Below are positions 11,691 to 24,628 of a DNA stretch of 64,000 nucleotides, one piece after another. Position 1 is the first letter of the stretch, and each line of letters opens with the position of its first letter. The notes below the pieces were generated by a model. The model did not search any database, was not told the DNA's origin, and saw nothing but the letters and a program-made list of their open reading frames with translations. Made by a program: the position numbers and the translations under genes. Source of the DNA: Camelus dromedarius (Eukaryota); assembly GCF_036321535.1 (NCBI RefSeq), contig NC_087437.1, forward strand, positions 119,724,001 through 119,788,000. Direction: 5' to 3'.

Positions 11691-12943
11691 CTGCAGGGGC
11701 AGGTGGCACTCCAGGTGGAATGAAGAGTAGAAGCCGTGTCATAGTTAAGGCCTCGGTGGGGGTGGAGGCTGGGTGGGCTGGCTGGCTGGCGGGAGCAGAG
11801 GGGGCCTCCCTGCCTCCCTGAGAAGAGATGGGGGGGGTAATTATGAAAGCTTCGAAAGGTGCATTTGAAAGCTCACTCAGGAGGGAGGGCAGCAGTGAAC
11901 ATGGAGAGCCCATTTTAATCGGGAAGATGCAGGCACTTAGGAATATTTGGAGCTATTTGCTATTACTTGTCTGTTAACCCCAAGGAAGTTGTTTAGTGTC
12001 ACTGAGTACATTTCAGCTTTAAGTCGGGGTTAATGTTTAGTCAAAAGTAGCTTTCTTTAAAAACATTATATAACCTGCGGATTCTCAGTGCGTGTTAACA
12101 TAGAACAGTCCGCGTTCCTGCCTGCACTGGTGCGGTCATTTAATGTGTTGGTCCAAAAGATTCCTCGTTGCTGAGCATGGGAGAAAAACTGAAAACTCAC
12201 CCAAGTCATGAAGTTGGTTTTGGGGCAGGAGACCGGGCCTGCCTGGTGTGCTGGGGCCCTTTTCAGCTCTCACACCTCTCTGCCCGTTTCCTCTTGTCTT
12301 GCTCTGCCTTCAGCCCAAGCTTCAGAATGGGGCCGTTTTCCAGTGAGGTGACCACAGGAGTGAGAAATGAGGAGGCAAGTACGAGGTGAAGTTCATTCCC
12401 ACAGCACTGCATGCATTTAGACTCAGTTGCAAAGCCACAGTCAGATGATCGGTTTGATGACCTGTCATCTTGTCCAGGCCTGCGTTCCTCTCTGTTATTG
12501 TGACTCAAAGGTGGCCTGGTCCACAGCAGGTGGAATCAAGCATGGCCGGTTCCCTGGCATTCTGGAGACTGAGTGCACGATGTAACCACTGGGCACACGA
12601 GGCTTCATGTGAACGTCAGTGTAGTTCTGCAGAGTGTTGTGGTTAAGAGTGAATGGGTTGATCTCTAGAGACCTTCAGATGGAGCTGAATTCCACGGTTC
12701 TTTTTTATATATCATCAGAACATCATGTGAAATTCATCTCAGTGATCTTTGAACAAGCTGCCCAGAGGGCAGACGCTCTCCCCCGAGGGGCTCCCCCGGT
12801 GGGCTCTCCCCGTGGCGCTGGCAGCCCAGCCTCGCTCCAGGCTGGCAACAACGCGGGGGGCGGGGGCGGGGGACTTCTGCCAGGGGCTCCGACGGTGCCA
12901 TTGTCAGAACACCTGACTTTTCCACACCTCCTCCTCCGTATAG

Positions 12944-13097
12944 GGAGCCGAGCCTCTGCTGGAAGGAAGACGTCTGTACGCGCGTTCCAGCCTGAGCTAA
13001 CTGCCGTGGCACGAGAGAGCCCCTTGGAGCTGGGGTAGTAACCTGTTAATGAAGCACCTTGTTTTGCGACCAGCGCTCCGTGGTCAGCGGGACATCA
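12944..13097 (+). other. SLC37A1: 5'UTR part of the first coding exon
   Basis: Branch-like CTGAC followed by the pyrimidine tract ttttccacacctcctcctccgtatAG ending at 12943. Confidence 0.65.
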
Positions 13098-13153
13098 ATG
13101 GCCCGACTTCCCCCTGGCATCCGCTTCATCATCTCGTTCTCCAGGGATCAGTG
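13098..13153 (+). CDS. SLC37A1: SLC37A1 coding exon 1 (MARLPPGIRFIISFSRDQW)
   Basis: ATG at 13098; 56 nt; donor TG|gtgagt (phase 2). Confidence 0.95.
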
Positions 13154-13719
13154 GTGAGTGCTTTGGCCCGGTGCCCCTCGTGGGTGAGGGCCCCCGGGCC
13201 GCCAGCGCCCCTCGGCCCGCCCAGCTCGGTTATAGAACGCAGGTGGGTGGCCGGCCGCCCGCCACTGCCGACGTGCAGATCGGCGGTGAGGCTGAGCGCG
13301 AGCAGCGTGGAGCTGTCCGTCTTTGGTTCTGGAAGTGACAGACAGCCTTTGGGCTCATTTGAGGTTTTCAGTGGTTTCTGGTCTACAGAAAATAATCCTG
13401 GTCGCCACAGATAAATGAGCGCTGGCGACCAGCAGGGTTATGGCGTGGCTGTGGGTGAAGCGTGTTCCCTCTGAGCTCAGTGACTGGCCTCGCGGGGCCA
13501 GAACCTTCAGAGAGAAAATGAAACCTGGACCAGGTGGACGCAGGCCGGAACGTGCGCTCTGTTCAGCGAGCGCCTCTCCTGTCGTGCTCGGAGAGTCCGT
13601 CTCACGGGGGATTCGTGACTCACCTTTCCGCAGAGGAAGCAGGTGGTGGGAGCGGGGTCTCAGGCCATCTGGTCTCTGACCCACAGTCTCAGTGGTTTTC
13701 CTCTCCTGCTCATCTCTGC

Positions 13720-14190
13720 TGCAAGGAAAAATTTTTCCTCCACCCTTTAGCTTGAATGATTGGGGGTATGTGAATTAAACTGACAAAAGACAGATTCACA
13801 AGAAAAAAGACAGAATTAAGCATGTGTGTGTGGGCGTTTATAGAAAATTGTGACTCCAAGGGACCTTAGAATTTAGGGCTTCTGTACCATCTTATATACA
13901 GGGATGAGGAGGCGGAGAGGAGGAGAAAGGCACCTTTGGGATAACAAATGACTTTTGGGAAAAGTAAACGCGCCCTTAGAATAGATGGGAGCTAGGAGGG
14001 GGTCACGACTGTGGTGTGAACACTTCTCATCCCTGTAGCCTCAGCCCCCCCTGGGTGCTCCCAGGGGGGACCTACGACAGCTGAGTTCTTTCAGGAGGCT
14101 CTGTTTTTAGGCAGATGAGAGATCTCAGGAACTCAAGCGTTTTCTGCTCAAAATACCTTCCATGCCGCAGCGGCGTGTCCCGGACCCCCG
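13720..14190 (-). mobile_element. ERV1-class solo LTR (MER34-like)
   Basis: aaactgacaaaagacagattcacaaga and ctcaaaataccttccatgcc motifs resemble the MER34-group LTR reverse strand; family assignment is tentative. Confidence 0.45.
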
Positions 14191-14520
14191 GTCTCCATCT
14201 GGCCAGCACGCTCTGCAGCCTCTCAGGCTGAGGCTGCTTGGGGGCTCACCCCAAGGCTCCCGACTGTGACTTCAGGTGCCTGGTTCTTTCAGAGCAGTTC
14301 GCGTGTTGGCTCGTCTCCTGTCTACTGCTAATCAAGCCGCACGTGGTTAAACACTCACCTGTTATTTATGAGTGTTTATCTTTACCTTGTCTTGTAACTT
14401 CATTTAGATACAGTTTTCAAACTCACAGGAAGAAAATTATAAGAATGTTACAAAGAGCTCCTATAATCACAAATTCTTTCCCCCCTTTTCTTTTTAAGGT
14501 TGAGACCTACAGAGATAGAG

Positions 14521-14655
14521 CAGTGCTTCTCAAATTTTAGTGCGCATGTGAACCACCTGAAACTCGTGGGAGTGGGGATCCTGGCTCAGTGGGTCTGGGT
14601 GGAGCCTGGGTGCTGCGTTTCCTGGGTGACGCAGACCACACTCTGGGTAGCAAGG
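14521..14655. mobile_element. MER5-like hAT-Charlie MITE
   Basis: cagtgcttctcaaattttagtgcgcat...cagtgggtctgggtggagcctg...gaccacactctgggtagcaagg. Confidence 0.7.
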
Positions 14656-15129
14656 ACATAGTCTTCATCTTCATTTCTGTTCCAGCTCCACCTCAGACTT
14701 GCTCTCTGACTTTTAAAAGTGACTTAACCTTTCTTGATCTCAGCTTCCTTGGAAGAGAATTGCCTTTAACATTCCTGCGTAGAACACTTTACATGTTTTT
14801 CTGCCCAGCGCGCATTGCCCCTTCCTCACAGCACTTTGGTCCCCTTCGGGGAACTGACTCCCCACCTTTGTGCACAGTTGTGGTCCGTGGGTGGGGTCTC
14901 CGGATTTTCCAACCATCACAGCAGCGATGGAGGCCCTCCAGGCTCCTTTCCCGTGGCCTGCCTCCACAGCCCAGGTCCAGCAGGAGTGGGAGAGGACCCA
15001 CAGTGGGCTGCTGGCCTCTCTCCTGGGACTCCGAGTCTTGAGTAGCGTGAGCCTAGAGCAGAGGAAATGCGTCCCGTCCAGCCCTGGGCCTGGGCTCAGC
15101 TGGCAGACCAACACACACACACACACACA

Positions 15130-15570
15130 TTTTTTCCTGAACCATCTGAGAGCAGGTTACAGACATTATGCTGTTTTATTTCTGAACACTTCAGTGTGAG
15201 TTTCCTGTGAACGAGACACTCTCCTATAACTGCTCACAAAGGGCAAAATCAGGACATTTAGTGCTGATATAATGCTATTATCTAATCAACAGTCCATATT
15301 CAACGTTATGTCAAATGCTCAATAATGTCTTTTGTAGAGTTTATTCCTGGCGCAGGAGCTAGTCCAGCGTCTCATGCTGCATTTAGTTGTTCTGTGGGTT
15401 TAGTCTCCTTTCAACTGGAACTGTTTCTCAGCCTTTCTTTGCCTTCCAGGAGCTTGCCGCTTTTGAAGGATAAAGCCATTTATTTTATAGACTGTCCCTT
15501 GTTTTGGGTGTGTCTGGTATTTCCTCATGGTTAGATTCAAATTATGCATTTTGTCAGAAATATGACAGAA
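15130..15570 (-). mobile_element. Old L1 (L1MC-like) 3' region
   Basis: ctgaaccatctgagagcagg, catgctgcatttagttgt, ttttgaagga and tttcctcatggttagattca motifs. Confidence 0.55.
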
Positions 15571-15699
15571 AGGTGACAGCTTCTCACTGATGTTGACGAG
15601 GTTACAGAAATTGATGGGGGAGGGACGGGATGAATCATGTGGTGTTGGACTGGAGTGAAAGGTATCAAGAAGACCTGGAGAGAGAATAGAGGGAGAAAT

Positions 15700-15802
15700 A
15701 CATGTGGCTGTGGGTGTGTGGGTGTGTATGTGGTGAGCATGTGTGTATATTGGAGGGTGTGTTGTGTATGTATTTGGGGTGTGTGTGTGTGTGTGTGTGT
15801 GT
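15700..15802. repeat. (TG)n microsatellite with degenerate TG-rich flank
   Basis: Perfect GT run at about 15779-15802, preceded by imperfect GT repeats. Confidence 0.85.
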
Positions 15803-15949
15803 AATATGCCCTCTTTCTGCCCTGCTGAGAGGCCCTGGGAGCAGCAACACCCCAGCAGCACTGAGCACACTTGGTGTTGGATCTTGGTTTCTATGTACCA
15901 TTTCCCACTGAAGGATCCAGGCAGGCATCCTTGGATACTAGGATGATGT

Positions 15950-16480
15950 CAGCACTGGGGCTGTTTCCTTGGGGCTCATAGGGAAAGTGAGATGAGCCTG
16001 GAATATCTTGTGCCAGAAAATAAGGAAGTACTTAAAAATGAATGGGCCCCCACTGGCCAAATCGAGGATGAAACTTTAAATAAATGATCCGAGTAATGGA
16101 TTATAGCCCATTGAATAAAACAAGAATCTAGTGAGTCCCTGCTGCTATACCTAAATTAATGCACAAATGGGAGGAAGGAAGCTCTTTCCCAAGGTAGAAT
16201 TCCAGCCCCTAAGTGGAGCAGGAGTGTCCAGCTTGGGACACCGCCATCTGTGACCATCAGGCATGCTTGGTTTAGGCAAGGGTCATTAGCGGACACACAC
16301 CATTGGGAGAACGTTGGAGGAATAGGATGTCTGTTCTCCAAGTATGTTCCCACAAATTCCTTGTTAACTGCTAGAGGGAAGAATGGTGGCTTCACTGAGG
16401 GGAGATGTGGCAGAGAGCCCCTGAACCAAGCGGTCAGTGCTAACTCACTGACGCCATGGCCCTCCTTTGGGGTGCTCTGA
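15950..16480 (+). mobile_element. Old L1 (L1MC/L1MD-like) 3'UTR fragment
   Basis: gatgagcctggaatatcttgtgccagaaaataaggaagt; aatggattatagcccattgaataaaa; ttctccaagtatgttcccacaaat. Confidence 0.5.
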
Positions 16481-16967
16481 AGGGGCTCGTGTCACAGGGT
16501 GTGTGGTTTCATTGTTCCTAAATTAAGGATTTTTTTTTTTTTTACTAACTTCTGTGCCAAGTTATGCTGTTCAGTAACTGTCCTCTAAAGCATTTTTTTA
16601 CTTCTTATTTCCATGTGACTGAGAGAAATAATACTCAGATAAGGAAGCGGATATTGTCCCTTGAGTCTCCTAGCCGGGAGCGGGCTGCTGTCTGTCTGGG
16701 GATGCGTGTGTCACTCAGGAACATTTCTGTGGAGGCTGTGAAGGGGCATTGCTGAGATGGACTTTTTTTGCTAGAAACATGGGATTAACCCAAATACTAT
16801 TCTTGTAGTATTTGTAGATACAGAGAATGCTACCTATTGTTAGGCATAACTGCAGAAGGTGAGTGGAAACTGATGAAGGAAAAGATTAAATAATTCATTT
16901 TTAATTTTACTTGCTTAATATTCACAAGTTTAATGTAACACAAGACAAAAAGTAAAATACTGGATTT

Positions 16968-17404
16968 CATGAGTTTCCTAGGACTACTATAGCAAAGTCC
17001 ACAAACTGGTGGCTTAAAACAGCAGGAATTTGTTTTCTCGTGGTTCTGGAAGGCGGAAGTGTGAGGTCAGGGGTCAGCAGGGCCTGCTCCCACAGAAGGC
17101 CTGAGGGAAGAGCGCCTCTTGCCTCACCCCTGTCTGGCGGCTGCTGGCGGTGCTCAGCCTTCCTCGCTTTGCTCTGCCCCCACCATCACATGGCCTTCCT
17201 CCCTATCTGCCTCCGTGTCTCCCCGTGGCGTGCGATAAGGGCCTCTAACTGGATTCAGGATCCCGGTGGATCTGAGGTCACACATGAGTTAAGTATGACC
17301 TCAGACTAACTAATTACATCTGCAAGACCCTGTTTCCAAATACAATCACGTTCTAAAGTTTATGGCGGACGTTAATTTTGGGAAACGGTATTCACCCCAG
17401 TACA
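16968..17404 (-). mobile_element. MLT1 (ERVL-MaLR) solo LTR
   Basis: tttcctagg..acaaactggtggcttaaaacagcaggaatttgttttctc..ttctgga ... taattacatctgcaagaccctgtttccaaat ... cccagtaca. Confidence 0.8.
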
Positions 17405-18379
17405 AGACGGATAAAAGGAAACAAATACCCAAAATCCTTGCTTCATAAATGATAAAGGAAGAAAGCAGATGAGAACAGAATTACAAAGCGGGAAAGGCCT
17501 CAGGAGGGTGTTTGGGACTTTCCTCTTCATGAACCAGGATAATCCCACACAAGTGAGACGTCTGCGCGGGTGCAGACGTGTCAACACGGCCACCAGGAGG
17601 GCGCCAGCCCGACAGCGTGGCTCTGTGGTTTAAAGCGACCGGTGTGTAGACCTTCTGGAAGGGAAAATTCAACCTCTAGCGGCTGGCTCCTCCCCTCTCC
17701 CCAAGTCCTACGTAATAAGACAGGGAGAGTGAGGGAGGAAGGATGGATATGGAAATAGAGGACGCAGAGCTGGCCTGACACTGGCTTCCGCTTTCGCACC
17801 CACGGGTCCTATCTCTAGGAAGATTCCAGGCTGCAGTGTGGGTTGACCCTTTGCCCTGATTCTGCAGAACAGCCTCCCTCAGGGAACCCTGCTGACAGGC
17901 AGCTGGGTACTCTTCTTCATCAAGGTGTTTCACTTCCACACAAAACTGACCAGAATATGTCCAGAGGCAGGTGTTCCGCTCTGTGGCCCTCAGTGTCCTG
18001 GGGCATCCATGGTGTGTGCTTCAGCTCGGCCTCCCCCTGCCAGGAGCAGGTGTGGGGACTGCTTCCGCTTCCACCCCGTGGGCTCTGTGCGGGTGAGCAC
18101 CGCGTGCAGGCCCAGCCGGCGGAGAAGGAGGCAGAGACCCAGGGGCGGCTGCTCGGCCCCGGTGACCCTGACGGCCCTGACGGCCTCGGGATGCAGGTGT
18201 GCTAGGGTCCCAGGGCTCTTCAGACTCACCTAGGCACGCAGAGGAGCTCTTCGTTTCTGGGTTTATTTATCCTATTTAATAAGTACATTAAAAATACTTA
18301 ATAAAACTAGAATGTTTATCAATGGAATATTCTGCTTATGTCTGGGTAGAGTGGAGGCCATGAATCCAAGGGCCATTTA

Positions 18380-18512
18380 CTTATTTATTTTTTAGGTTTA
18401 TTTATTATTTATTCATTCATTCATTCATTTACAGTTTTAAGGGAGGTCCTGGGGACTGAACCTGGGACGTCGTGCATGCTAAGCACACGCTTGACCCCTG
18501 CGTGCCACCCCC
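18380..18512 (-). mobile_element. tRNA-Ala-derived SINE, Vic-1 type (camelid)
   Basis: The reverse strand reads ggggtggcacgcaggggtcaagcgtgtgcttagcatgcacgacgtcccaggttcagtccccaggacctcc: a tRNA-Ala body with B-box GGTTCAGTCC, followed by an A-rich (AATG/AAAT)n tail. Confidence 0.75.
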
Positions 18513-20376
18513 CGCCCCCGCCCCCGCCCCGCTCCGCCCCGCTCCGCTCCAGGCCTGTTTAAGTAGAGACACCCTCTCAAAACCCTGCCGAGCCGGGTGG
18601 TCATGGAATTCAGGTTCTCCTGGTCGATAACACACCTGTGGATTGGCAGCACCCCGCGTCCTTGCGGGCGCTAGGTTCTTCCCTTGGACTGATCTGGGAG
18701 GGGCTGGAGGTGACCAGTCAGAGAGCTGTTCCATTCTTCCTGTGGGGATGGGAGATGGGAACTCTGCACCCAGGTGGGTCCTCCGCGAGCCCTAGCGAGG
18801 AGTGGGGAGGTGGCCCTGAGTCTGGCTGTGGGCTGGGAATCTGGGCGTTGAAAGCTCGGTGGCCCAGGGTCTTCCTAAGGCGGCACACAGGAGTGACGGG
18901 CGGAGACAGGGAGCTTCAAGCCCAGGGCCGCAGCCCCGCCCGTCCAAATGAAGGGTTTTCAGAGCATGAGGATGAAGGCCTGGGCTCCAGTGACAGGCCC
19001 GCTGTGCCTGCATGGACTCTGCTCTCTGAGAGGGAGGAGACACATTTTTTAATAGTTGCACTTTGTTTCCTAACTGTTCACGGGTTCGGGCTGAATCACA
19101 AAGAATCCTAGAAAAGCCATCAGTAAATTTCCCCGATGAAGAAGAGAGCACGGGGGTGCGTTTCCTTATTCACTTAGCAGGCGCTCACCGAGAGCCGGGC
19201 AACCTATGAGGGGTTTCCTTTCACTCCGCGCGGCTGCTGCCGCGATGGTAGGTTTGAGTCCCAACCCTTTTTTCCCACCTGAAATATGACCTTTTTTTTT
19301 TAAATCTGGAAATATTTAACTCCTACCTTTTCTGGTGGCCAGAGAGGCAGAGACCCGTAGGAATCTGTTAGTTACAGAAAGCTGCCCTTGAGAAGTGAAT
19401 CACAACATTGAAAATGTGGGCAGAAAGGAGGAAGGGTCCCTCCTCGTCAGGGCCTTAGAATGAGCTGATCCGGGGACCTGGCTCCTCGCACAGCGAGGGC
19501 GCTGCCTCCGTCCAGTCCCCCGGCGCTGCCCCCGCTGTGGGTAATTATCCATTTCAGCCAGTGTGCAGTTCAAGAGTCACTGGCCTTTCTGGGCCAGAGC
19601 AGGCTGGGTTCCTCAGGGTTGGAGGCTGCACCCCAGGACACAGAGGGCCTGCCTTCCTGGTGGGAGCCCCTTGTCGTGATCTCTGGCCAAATCCTTTTTC
19701 CTCCTGATCTGTTTTCTTCCCCTAAGGATTGTTTTTCTATGGAGTGATTCACACGTTTAGACTGGAACAAACTTTTATCTTCTTACTAAAGTGGCCTCTT
19801 TTCTGGAGTCTCCCATACATCTCAGCACTTCTGTCTGAGCTGCTTTCCGCGTACGCCGAGAAGGGCAGCAGGGCTTCGGGCAGGACTTTTTATGTCAGTG
19901 GCCTTATTCATGGCTTGTCAGCATCACTGAGTTGTTCTCACTGAGGTCAGTGAAATGTTTATACTTCTGCCTGGCTTGTGTCCTTCTAGAAAGTTGCACA
20001 GAAGCTAAAAGGTAAAAAATAAATATGATCTTAAATGCCCGGGATAGAGGCATCTGAGTCACCTGCAGTTACTTTTGTTACAAACCAAATAATCGTTCCT
20101 TTTTGTCTGCTTTGTAAACACGTGTACATCTGTGTCCCAGATTTCTCTCTGATTAGATTTTTTTCTATGAATATTTGAATAGTTTGAGTTTGGACAAAGT
20201 AAAAGTGGCACTTTTTAAAATATAATATTGTAGTAGTATTATAAATAAGATGGGTACCTGATACAGAATTGAATAAATAACATACAGCATAAGGAAATTT
20301 AAGAATGCAGTGCAATGTATTCTTAGCGCATCTTATGTTATTTTATGCCATCCCCTGCCACTGTTTTGTGTTTCAG

Positions 20377-20458
20377 GTACAGAGCCTTCATTTTTATTCT
20401 GACGTTTTTGCTGTATGCAAGTTTTCACTTATCTCGAAAGCCCATCAGTATAGTCAAG
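20377..20458 (+). CDS. SLC37A1: SLC37A1 coding exon 2 (YRAFIFILTFLLYASFHLSRKPISIVK; TM1)
   Basis: tttcag|G ... AAG|gtaaga; 82 nt. Confidence 0.96.
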
Positions 20459-23019
20459 GTAAGAAGCCCTTGTCGGCCCTCGATTCCGTTTCCTGCCTGG
20501 AATGCTGTGAGGAGCTGGTGACCTTCAGAGCCAGTCTGGGGCGAGGGGAGGGTGGGGGCAGAGTAAGAAGATGAGTGGAGAAAATGGGTTGCTGAGAAGC
20601 AAGTTATTTTGCTGCTTTGGTTTTTAGTTTCTCTTTTCTGAAATTAAAATCTTTAAAATGTTTTTAGGACTTGTAATTTCAGAGGTAGTATATTTTCAGT
20701 TTTATTAGTTGATGGTTCCAGAATTTTGAAGCTTAATTAAATATTTATTCTGTCTTGCGTGAATTTTCCCTCCAAATAGATCCAATCTAAAATTGTTCCC
20801 CAAATTGCCCCTGTGATCATTTGGATTTGATCGCAAGTCTGGCATCGTGGTGGTTCTCCGTTATTCTTGGAGCACTGCTTTTCTGTTTGAGTGATGGGTG
20901 GGCAGGAAGTTGTTAAGCAGGCATTTAACTAGACTTTGAGAAAAGAAGATTAAAGTAGACAATCCTACGTAAGAGCCAGTTATAACGCTGGGAAAAGCAG
21001 GAGCGTTTCCTTGCCCTCCCCGGAGCCGCATCAGTCTGCCTGCGGACTGTCACCGGGCTGGCATGGCTTTTGACTCTTGCTATAGGAGGGACACAGAAGT
21101 TGACCGGTGCCAGAGATAGTTCCCTGATGGCTCGATCGTGCCCTCAACTTCTGAACATCGGCAGGGACACGGTCCGGGGCTGCAGTTCTGTTGGCTTTTG
21201 TGGTCGTGCCCCCCGCTGCTCCCGGGGGCTGAGAGCCGCTGCCCTGGCCACTCCTTGTGCCCCTCTCTCCAGTGACTCCCGGTGGATGTGGGGCACAGGG
21301 TCCTGGAGCTCCTCCCTGGCCCCTAGGAAGCAGGGATTTCCCCTGCACTTTAAGTCACTTCCAAAATTCTTGCTTTTTTTTTGACATACCGAGTTTTAAT
21401 AACTATGGAGAGGTTTGAAGACCTTTTAAAATGTTGTTTTCAAAAGAGAAAAGGATGGAACAGGAGCTGGAGGGCCTTACTCCACTCAACCAGTGGCTGC
21501 AAAGTCAGTGCCGAGGACCAGCCAGCCACGGTGACTTCAGATACGCCTGTTTCCCGTCGTCCTGGGGGAAGTAAACACACGGCTCAGAAAGGGCGAAGCC
21601 CGCTGAAGGGGCCTAGTGGGTGCCGTGGACTGAGGGAGCACGAGCGGCCGGGGAGCCCTCCCGAGCTTCCCTGAAAGGCTGCGCTGGGGTCCTGGGGCCA
21701 GTGCCCGGAGCGCTAGGTGGAGGGTGGGGCGTCACCTCCCAGCGCCTCTGGACCAGCCGAGGTCTGTGCTGGGACCCAGGCGGGCTGAGGGTCTCAGCAG
21801 CAGCGCGGGGCATGTGGGTTCCTTCCAGATGTGGGGGTCCCCGGGGCTCCATTCTGCCCGAAAGGGGTGGAGCACCGTCCAGGCTCCAGGCTCCCCTGCC
21901 GGGGGCTTGGGGCTTACTGACGCGGGGCCTCATGGCCAGCTCTCTGTCAAGTTTTCGTCAGTCACAGTGTCTGCTGCTCATGGAGCCCTGCAGCCTGGCA
22001 GGATGCACACATTCCTCATTTGAGATAATTGCCACCGTGGGTCTGAGTGTTCCGGTGAGGACACTGAGACTCAGGGCCCCTTCGGGTGAATTCCACGTGG
22101 GCGGGCTGACTCCAGGGTTCTCGGGACCTCTCTGCCACAAGGTCCCCGGGGTGTTTAAACACCTGAGCGCATTCACAGCGTCACACCCAGGTCCCCTTCG
22201 ACACGCATGTGGTCTGGCTTTGCACCTTAGCTGTGCCTGGATGTGGAGCAGCCTCGTGCAGGGTCCGTGGTCATCTTTGCCTTTTGAGGGAGGACATCAC
22301 ACTGCACACGAACACTTAAGCTGTGCAATGCCTGACAGGGTTTCCTGCCTTTGTTTAGCTCATCTTATTTATAAACTAGAGGTAGTAATGGTTCTGTGAC
22401 TCAGGGAACAGTTTGAATTCTCTCTAGCCTAAATTAGCACGTTATAAGCAAAACAAAGTTAAAATATATTTGCTTACTTGGAATTGACCACCAGGGGTTG
22501 TGAATTACAGAATGAGTCACATTCTTCAGTGTCGTTCATAGTGATGTGACGTGTCGTGACAGCGTCAGGCTTCTCTGTTGGACTTACCTGCAGTCTCCAC
22601 TGATGCCTTCCATGTTTTTCTGATTTTAGTAGAGCAAAAAGGAAAAATAGGTGATGATGATGGAAACAGGGCTGGGAGGAGGTGGTGTAGCAAATGCGCT
22701 TTCCTCTTTTCCACGAGCTGCTCCAGCTCTGGCCCCGGCTCCCAGCTGGAGGCTGGCAGACAGGTATGGCCTGCCCGTGCCCAGGGGACACTCTGGGGGT
22801 TCCCCCAGCCCCAGCTGGGCCAGAACAAAGTCCTGAAAGCAGGGGTTCTCAGGGAGGGCCTGAGCTGCAGGGAGCCCTATTCCCTGAGGGGAGTGGTGAC
22901 CTGACTGGTCTGAATATGAGTGCCCAGCCCTCTCTGCACACAGAGGACTCCATAAGAAAGCTGTAAGATCCTCGGTGGCAGACAGAAGACGAGGCCTGGA
23001 AGCCTGGAAGTGCATACCA

Positions 23020-23960
23020 GGGCTTTGCATGGGAAACTTGCTATCTGGAAAGTTCCACTGTTCCCCGTGTTAGTATTTCAACAGGATGCAACTCCAGTGA
23101 AAATCTCAGCAATGTCTTTTTTAATTGAATAAAATAATCTTAGAGTTTATATGAAAGGACGCCCAAGAGTTAATTACCAAGGAAAGTGCGGAAAAGGCAA
23201 CCTTTTTAAAGTCACTATAATCAAATTATTATGGTGTTGCGTGAGACTAGACACAGAGGAGGTCAGCAGAATAGTACAGAAAATACTGCAGAAACATACG
23301 GTGGCGTGGTTGACAGGTGATGGAAAAGCACAGGTCATTTCATAAATGGTGTTGACGCAACTGGTTATTCACCTGGAAGAAATAGAGTTGAATCCCTATC
23401 TTATAAAAATGGATGGGTTAAAGATTCAAATGTGAAAAATAAAAAGTGAAAACGCAAAAACAGAATTATGTCCGTCTTAGGGGCATGAGGTTGGGAAAAC
23501 CCAAAGGAGTGATGGACAGAGGGGAGGAAGAGGCAGCTCACAGACAAGGGGTCTGGATTTCCAAGAACTGTGAGGACTGCATGCGAGCTTGCACGTGCAA
23601 ATTAAAGTAGCAATACATCACTTTACACCCACAATCTGGCAAAACATAAAGAGAGTAACAGCCCCTGTTGCTGGCACTGACGGAGGCAGAAGACGTTCCG
23701 GCATTGGTGATGGAAATGTAGTGTTACAGCCTTTTGGAAAGCGTTCTGGGTAACACCTAATTGAAATTAAAAGTGCTTGTCCTTCATTCCTGCATCTGGG
23801 AACTTTGCCCATAAAAATAAAGGCGCCAGCACTTCGGGGTATCTGCATAGGCACCTTTATTGCAGCATCGTTCACAATTTTTTTAAAAAAGGAGAAAAAA
23901 AGCCTGGCTACTATGTGAACTTAACCAGCAGGTGAAAGTTTGCATGGACCGTGTGGCACA
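23020..23960 (+). mobile_element. Ancient L1 ORF2-end fragments (L1M5/L1ME-like)
   Basis: aaatggtgttgacgcaactggttattcacctgga; cactttacaccc; ggaaatgtagtgttacagccttttggaaag; tttattgcagcatcgttcacaat. Confidence 0.65.
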
Positions 23961-24284
23961 GCCATATTCCCGCGGTGTAACTGCTTCAAGGAATGGGTCA
24001 GAGCCAAAGCAGTGGCCTCAGAACGCATCCCAGGAGGTGTTTTGAGTCAGAAGAGCTACGGTGTGCATCAGTCCATGTAGAAGGGTTCCATTTGTGAAAA
24101 ACAGATAGTGACCAGAAAGCTTCCCTTGAGTTTCCTTCACCTTTGTGAGTGGGTGTGTGCTCACACATGCGTGTGTGTGCTTGGTCCCCTTGTGCGTGGC
24201 GCTGTGACTCACTCAGACGAGCTGACCACCTCCGGGTGCTGTTGTAAACAGGCACAGCTTGCCTGGCCTTCCTGCTCCGAGCAC

Positions 24285-24628
24285 TGTCGCCGTCCACTCG
24301 AGCTGCTGTAACGAAGTGCCATAGACTGGGTGGCTATAAACAGAGGAATCAACCCCTCACAGTTCTGAAGGCTGGACGCCCCGATCAGGGTGCCGCACTG
24401 CTGGTTTCTCGTAAGGGCCCTCTTCCAGCTTGCAGTTGGCTGTGTCCTTGTGTCTTCAGATAGTGGGAGGTCGAGGGGGTCCTCTGGGGTCCCTTTAAAA
24501 TCCCATTCACGGGAGATCCACCCTCCTGACCTCATCACCTCGTAAAGACCCCAGCTCCTAACCCCATCACCTTAGGGGTTAGGTTTCAACATACGAATTG
24601 GTGGAGCACCGACACTCAGACCATAGCG
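24285..24628 (-). mobile_element. MLT1A-like solo LTR
   Basis: gctgctgtaac..ccatagactgggtggctataaaca..cacagttctg ... gtttcaacatacgaatt..actcagaccatagc. Confidence 0.8.

Noticed and set aside
18440..18512. tRNA-Ala gene
   Set aside because: Degenerate A-box and acceptor stem plus an A-rich simple-repeat tail indicate a SINE, not a functional tRNA.
21620..22399. 259-aa intronic ORF, and similar 150-225-aa ORFs at 28054, 37977, 52709, 56228 and 57281
   Set aside because: GC-rich intron sequence, mostly non-ATG starts, and no family motifs; consistent with chance ORFs.
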